Source: Felis catus (Eukaryota). From it: a DNA stretch of 64,000 nt. Shown piece after piece: positions 62,246 to 64,000 of this stretch. The position numbers and the translations under genes were made by a program. The stretch is taken from NCBI RefSeq assembly GCF_018350175.1, contig NC_058368.1:116624001-116688000 (forward strand), given 5' to 3'. Every line of letters starts with the position of its first letter. The first letter of the stretch is position 1. The notes under the pieces were generated by a model. That model had not been told where the DNA came from, made no database searches, and saw only the letters and a list, made by a program, of their open reading frames with translations.

Positions 62246-64000
62246 ATGGTATATTCTCAGAGGAGTCCAGGTTCCCGGCGCCTGCTGCTCTTGCTTCTGC
62301 TTCTTACAGCCTTGGAGGCAGGGAGTGGCCACGTCCACTACTCGATCCCGGAGGAGGTCAAACACGGCACCTTCGTGGGCCGCATCGCCCAGGACCTGGG
62401 GCTCGAGCTGGTGGAGCTAGTGCCACGCCTTTTCCGAGTGTCGTCCAAAGGTTATAGAGACCTTCTGGAAGTAAATCTGCAGAATGGCATTTTGTTTGTG
62501 AATTCTCGGATCGACCGGGAGGAGCTGTGTGGGCGGAACGCGGAGTGCAGCATCCACCTGGAGGTGATCGTGGACAGGCCGCTGCAGGTTTTCCATGTGG
62601 AAGTGGAGGTTAAGGACATTAACGACAACCCGCCCCGGTTCTTGCGTCGGGAACAAAGATTATTTATTTTAGAGTCAAGAATAGTAGATTCCCGGTTTCC
62701 GCTAGAGGGCGCATCTGATATGGATGTCGGAGCAAACGCAGAATTGAAATACAAATTAAATCCTAATGAATATTTTGACTTGGATGTTAAAACAAACGAA
62801 GAAGAAACAAACATTTTAGAGCTAGTATTGAAGAAAGCATTAGATAGAGAAGAAACCCAAGAACATCTTTTATTACTGACTGCAGTTGATGGAGGAAAAC
62901 CTGAACTAACAGGTACAGTTCAATTATTGATCAGTGTATTGGATGCGAATGATAATGCCCCAAAATTTGATAAATCAGTTTATAATATAAGATTATTAGA
63001 AAATGCACCGAATGGGACTTTAGTTATTAAACTGAATGCCTCAGATGCAGATGATGGCATTAATAAGGAAATAGTGTACCTTTTTAGTAATCTTGTTCTT
63101 GATAACGTCAGATCTAAATTTATAATCGATTCAAATAGTGGGGAAATAACAGTTAAGGGAGAACTGGATTATGAAGACTGTAATTTATATGAAATTAATA
63201 TTGATGCTGTAGATAGAAGTTCATTCCCATTAACTGGACACTGCAAAGTTATAGTAAAACTTCTGGATGAGAATGATAATACCCCAGAGATGGTCATAAC
63301 TTCCATATCTCTGCCTGTTCAAGAAGACGCTTCACTGGGGACCGTCATTGCCCTGATCAGTCTGTCCGATCGCGACTCAGGTCCCAATGGGCAGGTGACC
63401 TGCACACTGTCACCCCATGTCCCCTTCAAGCTGGTGTCCACCTTCAAGAATTACTATTCGCTGGTGCTGGACAGCGCCCTGGACCGCGAGAGCGTGTCGG
63501 ACTATGCTCTAGTAGTGACAGCACGGGACGGGGGCTCGCCTTCGCTGTCGGCCACGGCCAGCGTGTCCGTGGAAGTGGCCGACGTGAACGACAACGCGCC
63601 GGCATTCGCGCAGGCCGAGTACACGGTGTTCGTGAAGGAGAACAACCCTCCCGGCTGCCACATCTTCACGGTGTCCGCGCGGGACGCGGACGCGCAGGAG
63701 AACGCGCTGGTGTCCTACTCGCTGGTGGAGCGGCGGGTGGGCGAGCGTGCGCTGTCGAGCTACGTGTCGGTGCACGCGGAGAGCGGCAAGGTGTACGCGC
63801 TGCAGCCGCTGGACCACGAGGAGCTGGAGCTGCTGCAGTTCCAAGTGAGCGCGCGCGACGCGGGCGTGCCCCCGCTGGGCAGCAACGTGACGCTGCAGGT
63901 GTTCGTGCTGGACGAGAACGACAACGCGCCCGCGCTGCTGCCGCTGCCTGGGGCGGGCGGCGCGGGCGGCGCCGTGAGCGAGCTGGTGTGGCGGTCGGTG
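62246..64000 (+). CDS. PCDHA5: Protocadherin-alpha 5 variable exon, partial (runs off window end)
   Basis: Translated by hand: [41 protein letters not shown]...[11 protein letters not shown]...[13 protein letters not shown]. Frame is consistent to the last codon (GTG 63998-64000). Absent from the ORF track because no stop is reached. Confidence 0.87.
   Translation, partial: MVYSQRSPGSRRLLLLLLLLTALEAGSGHVHYSIPEEVKHGTFVGRIAQDLGLELVELVPRLFRVSSKGYRDLLEVNLQNGILFVNSRIDREELCGRNAECSIHLEVIVDRPLQVFHVEVEVKDINDNPPRFLRREQRLFILESRIVDSRFPLEGASDMDVGANAELKYKLNPNEYFDLDVKTNEEETNILELVLKKALDREETQEHLLLLTAVDGGKPELTGTVQLLISVLDANDNAPKFDKSVYNIRLLENAPNGTLVIKLNASDADDGINKEIVYLFSNLVLDNVRSKFIIDSNSGEITVKGELDYEDCNLYEINIDAVDRSSFPLTGHCKVIVKLLDENDNTPEMVITSISLPVQEDASLGTVIALISLSDRDSGPNGQVTCTLSPHVPFKLVSTFKNYYSLVLDSALDRESVSDYALVVTARDGGSPSLSATASVSVEVADVNDNAPAFAQAEYTVFVKENNPPGCHIFTVSARDADAQENALVSYSLVERRVGERALSSYVSVHAESGKVYALQPLDHEELELLQFQVSARDAGVPPLGSNVTLQVFVLDENDNAPALLPLPGAGGAGGAVSELVWRSV
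62699..62712 (+). promoter_or_regulatory. Exonic CTCF site (eCBS) in PCDHA5
   Basis: CCGCTAGAGGGCGC. Confidence 0.75.

Noticed and set aside
62223..62457. Short + ORFs suggesting a frameshifted seventh gene
   Set aside because: They are alternative frames; the frame from ATG 62246 is consistent to the window end.

Overview
Mammalian genomic DNA, almost certainly a felid (abundant Can-SINEs of the feline type plus carnivore L1). The window covers the 5' end of the clustered protocadherin-alpha (PCDHA) locus. About 13 kb of nested L1/SINE sequence is followed by seven + strand variable exons: six are complete and end in GT donors, and one runs off the window end and is missing from the ORF track. 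Each exon has a CSE/pCBS promoter motif, an antisense splice donor beside it and an exonic CTCF-like site. All exons share a ~1.14 kb near-identical, very GC-rich block (EC4 to cytoplasmic region). The main oddity is the architecture. Against the human paralogues as I recall them, the exons read A1-head/A2-tail, A3, A4-head/A5-tail, A6, A7-head/A3-tail, A4, A5(partial). An ~8 kb segment occurs twice, exactly 24,360 bp apart, with a single difference that I could find. 'Tail + intergenic + next head' cassettes therefore appear deleted, duplicated and reordered, with junctions inside the homogenised block. This is either real non-allelic recombination producing chimeric protocadherins or a misassembly across identical repeats; the sequence alone cannot decide. 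Orthology calls come from memory, not a search, and repeat boundaries are approximate.
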